From the NCBI GenBank assembly GCA_036505485.1, contig DASXTK010000310.1, forward strand, positions 4,999 to 68,998: DNA of 64,000 nt, written 5' to 3'. The position numbers were made by a program, and so were the translations under genes. Under the pieces are notes generated by a model, which saw nothing but the letters and a program-made list of their open reading frames with translations, was not told where the DNA came from and did not search any database. Shown piece after piece: positions 17,154-25,184 of this stretch. Each line of letters starts with the position of its first letter. Position 1 is the stretch's first letter. Origin of the DNA: Acidimicrobiales bacterium (GTDB lineage Bacteria; Actinomycetota; Acidimicrobiia; Acidimicrobiales; VFJN01).

Positions 17154-17829
17154 CGGCGGCCTCCCGGCTGGGGCTCGGGTCAGGGTCCGCGGTAAGACCT
17201 GCCACGCCGCCGATCAACTCGACCGTACGGTCGGCCAGGGCTTCGGCCCGGTCCAGCTCGTGGGACGAGAACAAGACGGTCGCCCCTTGCTTGGCGGCTT
17301 GGCGGACCAGACCGTCGAGCTGGTCGCGGGTGTCGCGGTCCAGCCCGGCGTGGGGCTCGTCCAGCAGCCACAGCTCGGGTCGACGGGCCAGCAGACAGGC
17401 CAGCGAGGTGCGCCGGCGTTGTCCGGCCGACAGTCGCCGCACGGGAACCTTCCCCAAAGTTCCGTCGAGCCCGACCACGGCCAGCGCGGCGTCGATCTCG
17501 GCCCGGCTGGCCCGGCAGGCTCTGCCCCAGAACCGCACGTTCTCGTCGGCGGTGAGGTCGTCGTAGAGCCCGGTGGAGTGGGCCAACAACCCGACCCGGG
17601 AGCGCACCGGCCGCGGGTCCTGGCACAGGTCGAAGCCCAGGACGACGGCGTCACCCGACACCACCGGGACCAGCCCGGCGCAGGCGCGCAGCAACGTGGT
17701 CTTACCTGCGCCGTTGGGGCCGCGGAGGAGGACGATCTGACCCCGGGCGACATCCAAGTCGATCCCGGCGAGGGCTGGGAACCGTCCGAGCAGGGCAACC
17801 GCAGCACGGAAGTGAACAACCAGCTCCAT
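17143..17829 (-). CDS. ccmA: Heme exporter ABC ATPase CcmA
   Basis: Walker A GPNGAGKTTLLR, signature LSAGQRRR, Walker B LWLLDEP. Start at ATG17829. Confidence 0.85.
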   Translation of the reverse strand: MELVVHFRAAVALLGRFPALAGIDLDVARGQIVLLRGPNGAGKTTLLRACAGLVPVVSGDAVVLGFDLCQDPRPVRSRVGLLAHSTGLYDDLTADENVRFWGRACRASRAEIDAALAVVGLDGTLGKVPVRRLSAGQRRRTSLACLLARRPELWLLDEPHAGLDRDTRDQLDGLVRQAAKQGATVLFSSHELDRAEALADRTVELIGGVAGLTADPDPSPSREAAGVA

Positions 17830-17955
17830 GGCGATTGCCTGAGGGTACTGAGGCCGTTTCCACTGGACCAAGACGCGTCGGCCTGATGTGACCGCCGACA
17901 CGCCCGGTGGCGGTGCTCCAAGGGGTGGGGGTGGGCGGGGTTAGCCTGCCCGGCG

Positions 17956-18876
17956 ATGCGATTGGCCCGGGTCCTGGGTGCGATCGGACGTACCTGCATC
18001 ACCGCGGGCGTGCTGATCCTCCTCTTCGTCGCGTACCAGCTCTGGGGTACCGGCCTGCACGAGGCCCGGGCCCAGAGCGCGCTCGAGGACGAGTTCGCCG
18101 ACGACCTGGCCAGCGCCGGCGCCGCTTCGACCGACGGCACGGACGGGGTTCCCGGCGACAACGCCAACGCGCGGCCGGCCACCACCGTTCCGCCGTCTCC
18201 CCCGTCGCCCGACGAGGGTGGAGCGGTGGCCCACATCGTGATCCCCGCCATCGGCGTGGACAAGATCGTGGTGGAGGGCGTGACGGTCGACGACCTCAAG
18301 CGGGGACCCGGCCACTACCCCGACAGCCCGGTCCCCGGCCAGCCCGGCAACGCCGCCATCGCCGGCCACCGGACCACGTACGGGGCGCCGTTCAATCGCA
18401 TCGACGAGCTGTCCGAGGGCGACGAGATCCTGATCACGACCCTGCAAGGCTCGTTCCGCTACAAGGTCAGCGAGCAGCAGATCGTCAGCCCGGACCAGGT
18501 CGAGGTGCTCAACGACTTCGGCGACAACCGGCTCACGCTCACTGCCTGTAACCCCAAGTACTCGGCCCGCGAGCGCATCGTCATCGTGGCCAAGCTGGCC
18601 GAGGAACCGACGCCGGCACCGCCCACCACCGCACCCGCACCGTCCTCCGAGCCCGACCAGCCGGTCTCATTGGACGGCGGCCTGTCAGGCGAGCGGGCAT
18701 CGGCGTGGCCCGCGGTGTTGTTGGGCCTGGCTTGCGCCCTGATCTGGCTGGCCGCCTGGATCGCTACCAAGTTCACCAAGAAGATCGTTGCCTACGGCGT
18801 CGGCGGCCCGATCTTCTTCGTTGTCCTGTTCTTCTTCTACGAGAGCTTCTACCGCCTGTTGCCGGCCAACTTCTGA
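17956..18876 (+). CDS. srtE: Class E sortase with an extra C-terminal 2-TM extension
   Basis: AIAGHRTTYGAPF (His), LTLTACNPKYSARERIV (Cys, Arg). N-terminal TM helix plus two C-terminal TM helices, ending YRLLPANF. Confidence 0.85.
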   Translation: MRLARVLGAIGRTCITAGVLILLFVAYQLWGTGLHEARAQSALEDEFADDLASAGAASTDGTDGVPGDNANARPATTVPPSPPSPDEGGAVAHIVIPAIGVDKIVVEGVTVDDLKRGPGHYPDSPVPGQPGNAAIAGHRTTYGAPFNRIDELSEGDEILITTLQGSFRYKVSEQQIVSPDQVEVLNDFGDNRLTLTACNPKYSARERIVIVAKLAEEPTPAPPTTAPAPSSEPDQPVSLDGGLSGERASAWPAVLLGLACALIWLAAWIATKFTKKIVAYGVGGPIFFVVLFFFYESFYRLLPANF

Positions 18877-18890
18877 TCAAGAATGGGGGC

Positions 18891-19871
18891 GTGCGCAAGC
18901 TCGCCGTCGTTCTCGTATTACTCGTTTCCGTCGCCTGCTCCAGTGGTGACGACGATGGCGGACCGGGTGGCACGTCGACGCCATCGGAAGCCACCGCGGC
19001 CGAGGTGCGGGACGAGACGTTCACGATCACCGATGCCCAGGTCGGCGAGCTCACCTTCGACGCTCTGGTGGCCGGCGATCCGGACGCCGCGGCCGACGGT
19101 CGCCTGGTCCTGCTGCTGCACGGCTTCCCGGAGTCGGCCGAGTCGTACCGCGAGATGCTGCCGCCGCTGGCCGACGCCGGGTACTACGCCGTCGCTCCCT
19201 CCCAGCGGGGCTACTCGCCCGGAGCCCGACCCCCGGCAGTCGAGGACTACAACATCCTGCGGCTGGTCGAGGACGCAGTGGCCATCGCCGACGTCGCCGG
19301 CGCCGACACCTTCCACATCGTGGGCCACGACTGGGGCGGAGCCGTGGCCTGGGTGACCGCCGCCGTCCATCCCGAGGAGGTGACCAGCCTCACCGCTCTG
19401 TCGACCCCGCACCCCGACGCCATCAGCAACGCCATGTCCGACCCGGCCGGCGAGCAGTCGCAGCTGTCGGGGTACATGGAAACGTTCCGGGCGCCCGGCA
19501 GCGAGCAGGTGTTCCTGGAGGACGGCGCCGACACGTTCGTGACCGCCTTCAGCTCCGCGGGACTGCCCACCGACAAGGCCGAGGTCTACGCCGAGCTGCT
19601 GGCCACCCCCGAGGCGCTGGGCGCGGCCCTGAACTGGTACCGCGCCAACCCGCTGCCCACCGATCTGCGGATCGGGCCGACAAAAGTGCCGACCCTGTAC
19701 GTCTGGGGCACCGAAGACCTGGCCTTCGCCCGCAGCACCGCCGAAGCCACCGCGGCCCTGGTCGAGGCCCCGTACACGTTCAAGGAGCTACAGGGACGCG
19801 GCCACTGGCTCCCCGAAGAGGCCCCCGACGACCTCACTCCCCTGCTCCTCGACCACCTCGGCGGGCGGTAG
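18891..19871 (+). CDS. Secreted/lipoprotein alpha/beta hydrolase (epoxide-hydrolase-like)
   Basis: LLLHGFPESAESY, HIVGHDWGGAVAW (Asp nucleophile). GTG18891 start gives the signal VRKLAVVLVLLVSVACSS. Confidence 0.8.
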   Translation: MRKLAVVLVLLVSVACSSGDDDGGPGGTSTPSEATAAEVRDETFTITDAQVGELTFDALVAGDPDAAADGRLVLLLHGFPESAESYREMLPPLADAGYYAVAPSQRGYSPGARPPAVEDYNILRLVEDAVAIADVAGADTFHIVGHDWGGAVAWVTAAVHPEEVTSLTALSTPHPDAISNAMSDPAGEQSQLSGYMETFRAPGSEQVFLEDGADTFVTAFSSAGLPTDKAEVYAELLATPEALGAALNWYRANPLPTDLRIGPTKVPTLYVWGTEDLAFARSTAEATAALVEAPYTFKELQGRGHWLPEEAPDDLTPLLLDHLGGR

Positions 19872-19875
19872 CTCG

Positions 19876-19924
19876 GAAATTGAGGCGTTTCTCGCGCTTA
19901 TAGCGCGGCAAACGCCTCAGTTTC
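19876..19924. repeat. Family A palindromic repeat, copy A2
   Basis: gaaattgaggcgtttctcgcgc-ttata-gcgcggcaaacgcctcagtttc. Begins 5 nt after the hydrolase stop codon. Confidence 0.9.
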
Positions 19925-20000
19925 GGCGAGGTCGACCTGGGAAGCCGAAGCCGACCTGCCGACCCGGGGCCGCGGCGTTAGGCCGCGGCGGCCGGACGGG

Positions 20001-20411
20001 TCACTGGCTCAGTGCTTCCGTGTCGGACGTCCCCCCGGCGTCTGTCACCAGCCCCGCCACGGTGATCTGCTCGGCCGCGTCCATGTAGCCGTCGACCAGG
20101 GTCCGCCAGACCGGCGCCAGCTCGTCGCTGCCCTGGGGGGTGGGCACGCTGGGCGACTCCCCGTCGAGCACTCGGATCACGTCGGCCACGGTGATGGTGT
20201 CGGGTGGCCGGGCCAGCCAGTAGCCGCCCTGGCCGCCACGCTTGGAATCGACCAGGCCGGCCCGGCGCAGCTCCCCCAGCACCACCTCGAGGAACCCCAC
20301 CGACAGATGGTGGCAGCGGGCGATGGCCTCGCCCTTCATCGGCTCGTCTCGAGCATCGGCCAGGACCACGAGGGCCCGTAACCCGTAGCTGACTCGTGCG
20401 GTGATGCGCAT
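20001..20411 (-). CDS. Rrf2-family transcriptional regulator
   Basis: MRITARVSYGLRALVVLA...LSVGFLEVVLGELRRAGLVDSKRGGQGGYWLA. Confidence 0.85.
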   Translation of the reverse strand: MRITARVSYGLRALVVLADARDEPMKGEAIARCHHLSVGFLEVVLGELRRAGLVDSKRGGQGGYWLARPPDTITVADVIRVLDGESPSVPTPQGSDELAPVWRTLVDGYMDAAEQITVAGLVTDAGGTSDTEALSQ

Positions 20412-20460
20412 GCGGCGGCGGCGCCTCCGGTCTTCGTCGGTGTTGGGTCAGGTCAACAGG

Positions 20461-21318
20461 TCAAGCGGTGGCCGCGTCCACCAGGCCCCAGCGGTGGCGG
20501 ATGGAACGGTCGAGGGTGCCGAACACCGCAGAGTCGACCGCGACGCCGATGACCAGGATCACGATCATCCACGCCATCAGCCCGGCCATGTCCCGCAGGG
20601 AACGGGCGTTGGTCATGAGCGCACCGATCGACGGCTTCCCGGCGATGGTGACGAGCAGCTCCCCGGCCATGAGGCTGCGCCAGGCGAAGGCCCAGCCCTG
20701 CTTCAGCCCACCCGCGAACGAGGGCAGCGATGCCGGCAGCACGATGTGCCAGTAGGACCGGAGGCCACGGGCGCCGAGCACCCGGCCGGCCCGCAGCAGG
20801 ATCGGCGGGATCTGATCGGCCCCGGCAATGAGCCCGTTGGCGATGGCCGGCGCCGCCCCCAGCACGACCACGAAGGTGATCGCGGAGTCGGACAGCTGGA
20901 ACAGGATCACCGCGAACGGGAACCACACGATCGACGGCATGGTCTGCAGACCGGTGATCAGCGACCCGAAGGCGCTGCGCAGGAACCGCACCCGAGCCAC
21001 CAGGCTGCCGACGATGACCCCGATGACCAGCGCCACCGCGTAGCCCTTGAGGGCCCGCTCCATGGTCAGCCGCACCGCCTTCCACACGGTGCCGTTCTGA
21101 ATCTGCTCCCACAGTTCCGGGAACACCTTGCCGGGGCCGGGCAGCAGGTACTCCGGCTTCCAGTTCGACCACACGACGCACTGCCACAGGAACAGCGCCA
21201 GGGCGATGGCCGCCAGCTTGGGCCAAGTGGCGCTCCACAGCCGCCGGATCACCGGCTCGTGCTTGACGTCGATGGTCTCGAGGGCGTCGAGCCCGGCCAA
21301 CTCCTCAGCTGTGCGCAT
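20461..21318 (-). CDS. ABC transporter permease (sulfonate/nitrate/taurine NitT family)
   Basis: BPD-type permease. AGRVLGARGLRSYWHIVLPASLPSFAGGLKQGWAFAWRSL (EAA-like loop). Confidence 0.85.
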   Translation of the reverse strand: MRTAEELAGLDALETIDVKHEPVIRRLWSATWPKLAAIALALFLWQCVVWSNWKPEYLLPGPGKVFPELWEQIQNGTVWKAVRLTMERALKGYAVALVIGVIVGSLVARVRFLRSAFGSLITGLQTMPSIVWFPFAVILFQLSDSAITFVVVLGAAPAIANGLIAGADQIPPILLRAGRVLGARGLRSYWHIVLPASLPSFAGGLKQGWAFAWRSLMAGELLVTIAGKPSIGALMTNARSLRDMAGLMAWMIVILVIGVAVDSAVFGTLDRSIRHRWGLVDAATA

Positions 21319-22114
21319 GACGACGCACCTCCTCCCGCAACCGGGCGGTGACCTGGCCGGCCAGCTCGCCCACCTCGGGGGACTCGATCCGCCGGGGCCG
21401 GGCGATGTCCACGTTCAGCACCGCGGTGACCCGGCCGGGCCGGCTCGACAGCACCACGATGCGGTCAGCCAGCCGCGCCGCCTCCCGCACATTGTGGGTG
21501 ACGAACACGATGGTCAGGTCCCGGGCGGTCCACAGGCCCTCCAACTCGTCGTGGAGGATGTCCCGGGTCATGGCGTCCAGGGCGCCGAACGGTTCGTCCA
21601 TCAGCAGGACATCGGCGTCCTGGGCGAAGGCCCGAGCCAACGCCACCCGCTGACGCATGCCGCCGGACAGCTCGTGGGGCCGCTTGCGCCCGAACCCGTC
21701 CAGGTGGACGGTCTGCAGGAGGGACTCGACCCGCTCCCGTCGTTCCGCCTTGGGAACGCGCCGCAGCTTGAGCGCCAGTTCCACGTTCTTGGCCACGGTC
21801 AGCCAAGGAAACAGCGCCGCCTCTTGGAACATCAGGCCGGTACGCCCCTCGACCGAGACTTTGCCTGCAGTCGGGCTGTCCAGTCCGGCCAGGAGGTTGA
21901 GCAACGTGCTCTTGCCACAGCCGGACGCCCCCACCACACAGACCAGCTCGCTCGGCTTGACCGCCAGGTCGATCCGGTCCAGTGCCGCTACGCGGTTGCG
22001 CCCCGCGCCGTAGACCTTGGAGACCTGCTCCAGGGTCAGCGCGGGGCGGAGCTCGGACGAGGCGTCGGGGGGAGACGCCCCGTCCGAGACAACCGGTGAT
22101 GCCGGAAGGCTCAC
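21305..22114 (-). CDS. ABC transporter ATP-binding protein (SsuB/TauB-like)
   Basis: Walker A GASGCGKSTLLN, signature LSGGMRQRVALARA, Walker B VLLMDEPF. Confidence 0.9.
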   Translation of the reverse strand: MSLPASPVVSDGASPPDASSELRPALTLEQVSKVYGAGRNRVAALDRIDLAVKPSELVCVVGASGCGKSTLLNLLAGLDSPTAGKVSVEGRTGLMFQEAALFPWLTVAKNVELALKLRRVPKAERRERVESLLQTVHLDGFGRKRPHELSGGMRQRVALARAFAQDADVLLMDEPFGALDAMTRDILHDELEGLWTARDLTIVFVTHNVREAARLADRIVVLSSRPGRVTAVLNVDIARPRRIESPEVGELAGQVTARLREEVRRHAHS

Positions 22115-23256
22115 AAGCCTTCTACCTCTGCCTCACCGCGGGCCTTGAGCAGGTCGTTGAGGATGTCCAGGCTGTAGATGCCGTCGAGATCGACATCGTC
22201 CAGCAGACCTACCGCCACCGCGTCGTCCTTGGATTTGTTCAGCGACGAGGCGATCGGGTCCCAGGTGAAGGTCAGGCTCTCCCAGGCGCCCTGGATGGTC
22301 TCGTCCTTGAGGCGCTTCTGGGTCAGAGCCTCGATGCCGTCGTTGGTGGTCTTCTGGGCCGTCGCTGCATCGGCGTTGGCCTTGTCGATGGAGTCGAGCA
22401 GGCCGTCGATCAGAGCCCGCACGTTCTCGGGGTGGGCCTCCAGGTAGTCGGTGCGCACGATCAGGTGGGTGGTGACGAACTGACCGTCGGGCCACAGCTC
22501 CTTCTCGTCGACCAGCACATGGCCGCCGCCCTCGAGCACCAGGCGGGTGGCCCACGGCTCGGGCACCCAGGCCCCGTCGATCTGGCCGCCCTGGAAGGCG
22601 GTCAGGGTGTCGGCGTTCTCCTGGTTGACGATCTTGACGTCACCGCCGCCGGTCTGGTCGGTCTCGTAGCCCTTGTCCTTCAGCCAGGCCCGCAACGCCA
22701 CGTCCTGGGTGTTGCCCAACGAAGGCGAGGCCAGTGTCTTGCCCGCGAGGTCCTCGGGGCTGGTGATGGCGCTGGAGACGACCAGCGCGGCGCCGCCGGA
22801 GGTGGTGCCGGCCACGATGCGCAGGTCACCGCCGACTTCCTGGGACCGGGCGAAGCCGTTGATGGCCGGGTTGGGACCGATGAAGGTGGCGTCGATGGAG
22901 TTCGACTCCAGCGCCTCGACCGCCTCGGTCCCGGTCGGGAAGGTCTGGGGCTTGAGCTCGGCGTCACCCAGCTTGTCTTGGAAGATGCCGTCGTCGACGC
23001 CGATGATGGCCGGCGCATGGGTCACGTTGGGGAAGTAGCCCAGCCGCAGCTCGCCGCTGGGGGCCTTGGCCGTGCCCAGGTCCGCGGTCCCGGCCTCGTC
23101 ACCGCTGCTCCCGCCGCCGCCGGTCGAGGCCTTGTCGTCGTCATCGCCGCACGCCGCCGCCACCAACCCCAACACCACCAGGACACTCAGAATCGACCAG
23201 GACCAGCGTCTTCCCGCCCGTCCGGCCCGCCCGTTTAGAACAAAGTCGATTGACAT
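22111..23256 (-). CDS. ABC substrate-binding lipoprotein (NMT1/SsuA-like)
   Basis: ATG23256 start gives the signal ...VLVVLGLVAAACGDDDD. GTGA overlap with the ATPase gene. Confidence 0.8.
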   Translation of the reverse strand: MSIDFVLNGRAGRAGRRWSWSILSVLVVLGLVAAACGDDDDKASTGGGGSSGDEAGTADLGTAKAPSGELRLGYFPNVTHAPAIIGVDDGIFQDKLGDAELKPQTFPTGTEAVEALESNSIDATFIGPNPAINGFARSQEVGGDLRIVAGTTSGGAALVVSSAITSPEDLAGKTLASPSLGNTQDVALRAWLKDKGYETDQTGGGDVKIVNQENADTLTAFQGGQIDGAWVPEPWATRLVLEGGGHVLVDEKELWPDGQFVTTHLIVRTDYLEAHPENVRALIDGLLDSIDKANADAATAQKTTNDGIEALTQKRLKDETIQGAWESLTFTWDPIASSLNKSKDDAVAVGLLDDVDLDGIYSLDILNDLLKARGEAEVEGL

Positions 23257-23262
23257 AGTGGG

Positions 23263-23285
23263 TTTTCTACATCGCGGAACCGAAT
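23263..23285 (-). promoter_or_regulatory. Shared 23-nt promoter/operator motif, copy upstream of the substrate-binding-protein gene
   Basis: attcGGTTCCGCGATGTAGAAAA, then 6 nt, then ATG. 19/23 identical to the copy at 24159-24181. TAGAAA sits 7 nt from the ATG. Confidence 0.55.
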
Positions 23286-23298
23286 TTCGCAACCGACA

Positions 23299-23352
23299 CT
23301 GTTCTGTGACCTGCCTGCCGCGCCCTGGCGCGGCAGGCAGGTCACAGAACAG
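23299..23352. repeat. Family B palindromic repeat, copy B1 (24-25 bp stem)
   Basis: ctgttctgtgacctgcctgccgcg-ccctgg-cgcggcaggcaggtcacagaacag, read directly. Lies between the divergent substrate-binding-protein and iclR genes. Confidence 0.9.
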
Positions 23353-23380
23353 ATCCCGGGCCGTGTGTGAAGATCGGGGC

Positions 23381-24139
23381 GTGCAAGAGGCTCGATCCGG
23401 AGCGCAATCTGTCGAGCGGGCGTTGTCCGTCCTGAGGGCGTTCGAGGCCAGTCCCGGAGCGCTGGGGATCACCGAGGTCGCCGCCCACACCGGGCTGTCG
23501 ATCAGCACCGCCCACCGGCTCACCCGGGCCTTGTGCGCCGGTGGCCTGCTGCGGCAGGATCCGCGCAGCGAGCGCTACCAGCTCGGCCCCACCCTGGTCG
23601 TGCTGGGCCGCCGGGCCGAGGACCAGCTGGGCTACGCCCACACCCTTCCCATCCTCGAGGAGTTGGCCGAGGTGACCGACGAGTCGGTCAACCTGGGCAT
23701 CCACTCCGGCACCGAGGTGGTCGTGGTGCTGGACGTCCCGTCCCGCCAACCGCTGCGCTTCAACCAGAGCGAGGGCACCCGGGTCCCCATCCACACCTCG
23801 GCCATGGGCAAGTGCCTGCTGGCCTTCACCCACGACCCCATGGCCGCGGTCGAAGCCCTGGGCCGGCTGCATCGCCTGACCGACCGGACGATCACCAACC
23901 GGCCGGCCCTACTGGAGGAGCTGGACCTGACCCGGGCGCGGGGCTGGGCCGTCAACGACGAGGAGCGCCACACCGGTGTCCGGGCCGTCGCCGCCCCAGT
24001 CCTCGCCAGCGATGGCACCGCTGTGGCCGCCGTCGCAGTCCAAGGACCCGCCATCCGCCTCGACGACGCCGCCATCACCGCTGCAACCAAACACCTCCTC
24101 GCCGCCACCGCCCGGGTCTCCCCCCTCCTGTCCGGCTGA
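23381..24139 (+). CDS. IclR-family transcriptional regulator
   Basis: SVERALSVLRAFE...LGITEVAAHTGLSISTAHRLTRAL. C-terminal effector domain ...AVAVQGPAIRL. GTG23381 start. Confidence 0.85.
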   Translation: MQEARSGAQSVERALSVLRAFEASPGALGITEVAAHTGLSISTAHRLTRALCAGGLLRQDPRSERYQLGPTLVVLGRRAEDQLGYAHTLPILEELAEVTDESVNLGIHSGTEVVVVLDVPSRQPLRFNQSEGTRVPIHTSAMGKCLLAFTHDPMAAVEALGRLHRLTDRTITNRPALLEELDLTRARGWAVNDEERHTGVRAVAAPVLASDGTAVAAVAVQGPAIRLDDAAITAATKHLLAATARVSPLLSG

Positions 24140-24158
24140 CAGAAACGGCTGTTGTGGG

Positions 24159-24181
24159 ATTGGATTCCGTGATGTAGAAAT
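24159..24181 (+). promoter_or_regulatory. Shared 23-nt promoter/operator motif, copy upstream of the cupin/rhodanese pair
   Basis: attgGATTCCGTGATGTAGAAAT. TAGAAA lies 8 nt before ATG24189. Confidence 0.55.
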
Positions 24182-24188
24182 ATGACCC

Positions 24189-24725
24189 ATGCAGTCAGCT
24201 TTAGCCGCCGAGCGGGAGCTCTCGTTACCTGACCATCTCCGGGCGGACATTGCGGTGGGGATCGCGCAGGTGCCGGAGGCGTGGCGGTGGTTGGTTCGGC
24301 ATGACCCTGCTCGGCGACATCCGGTCCGGCTGGTCGCCACGGCGGCCTACGAGGTGTGGGTCATCGGCTGGACCAAGGATCAGCACGTCCAGCCGCACGA
24401 TCACGGCGGATCGGCGGCGACGGTGCTGGTCGCCGAGGGCGAGCTGACCGAGCTGAGCCTGACCGGGCAGCGGCGGCAGCTGGTGCCCGGGGTTCCGTAC
24501 CACCTGGGCGCCGATGTGGTGCACGACGTGGTCAACCAGGCCGACACCCCGGCCACGAGCGTTCACATCTACGCTCCGCCGCTGCGCTCGATGACCTACT
24601 ACGACCCTGCGAACGGCCAGCCGGTCCGCACCGCCACGGTGGAGGAGGAGATCCCGGTGCTGTCGCATTGGTATGGCGCCCGCCTGTTGCACCCCACCGC
24701 CGGATCCCGGAGCATTCGGACATGA
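24189..24725 (+). CDS. Cysteine-dioxygenase-like cupin
   Basis: HVQPHDHGGSAATVLVAEGEL...HDVVN...VHIYAPPL is a cupin His pattern. ATGA-coupled to the rhodanese gene. Confidence 0.65.
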   Translation: MQSALAAERELSLPDHLRADIAVGIAQVPEAWRWLVRHDPARRHPVRLVATAAYEVWVIGWTKDQHVQPHDHGGSAATVLVAEGELTELSLTGQRRQLVPGVPYHLGADVVHDVVNQADTPATSVHIYAPPLRSMTYYDPANGQPVRTATVEEEIPVLSHWYGARLLHPTAGSRSIRT

Positions 24726-25105
24726 GCACTCCGTCCATCGACCGCTACCTAGAGCAGGTGCGCGCTGGTCTGCCGACCCGGGCCAAGCCCGACGATCTGG
24801 CCCAGGTCTGGGCCCAGGGTGGGCTGGTGATCGACACCCGGCCCAGCGAGCTCCGCAACCGCGACGGCGAGCTGCCGGGCGCCCTGGTGGTGGATCGCAA
24901 CGTGCTCGAGTGGCGGCTCGATCCCACCAGCCCCCACCGGCTAGCCGAGGTCACCGGCCCCGATCAGGAGATGGTCGTGGTCTGCAACGAGGGCTATGCC
25001 TCGTCCCTCGCCGCGGCGACCCTGCAGCAGCTCGGTCTGCGGCACGCCACCGACCTCGACGGCGGGTTTCAGGCCTGGCGCCGCTATCACAACAACGGTG
25101 TCTGA
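24722..25105 (+). CDS. Rhodanese-domain sulfurtransferase
   Basis: LVIDTRPSELR...VVVCNEGYASSLAAATL (active-site Cys loop) ...LDGGFQAW. Confidence 0.8.
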   Translation: MSTPSIDRYLEQVRAGLPTRAKPDDLAQVWAQGGLVIDTRPSELRNRDGELPGALVVDRNVLEWRLDPTSPHRLAEVTGPDQEMVVVCNEGYASSLAAATLQQLGLRHATDLDGGFQAWRRYHNNGV

Positions 25106-25184
25106 TCGCCACGAGATCCGGCTTCGACGCCAAAAAGCCACGTAAACGTACGCAAACGAACATGGTCCCTACGAGGCGCGTAGC

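Noticed and set aside
19925-20000. gccgcggcg-tta-g-gccgcggcg duplicate downstream of the Rrf2 gene, as a repeat family.
   Set aside because: It is a short GC-only self-complementary motif, adequately explained as a simple terminator-like hairpin. No other copies were noticed.
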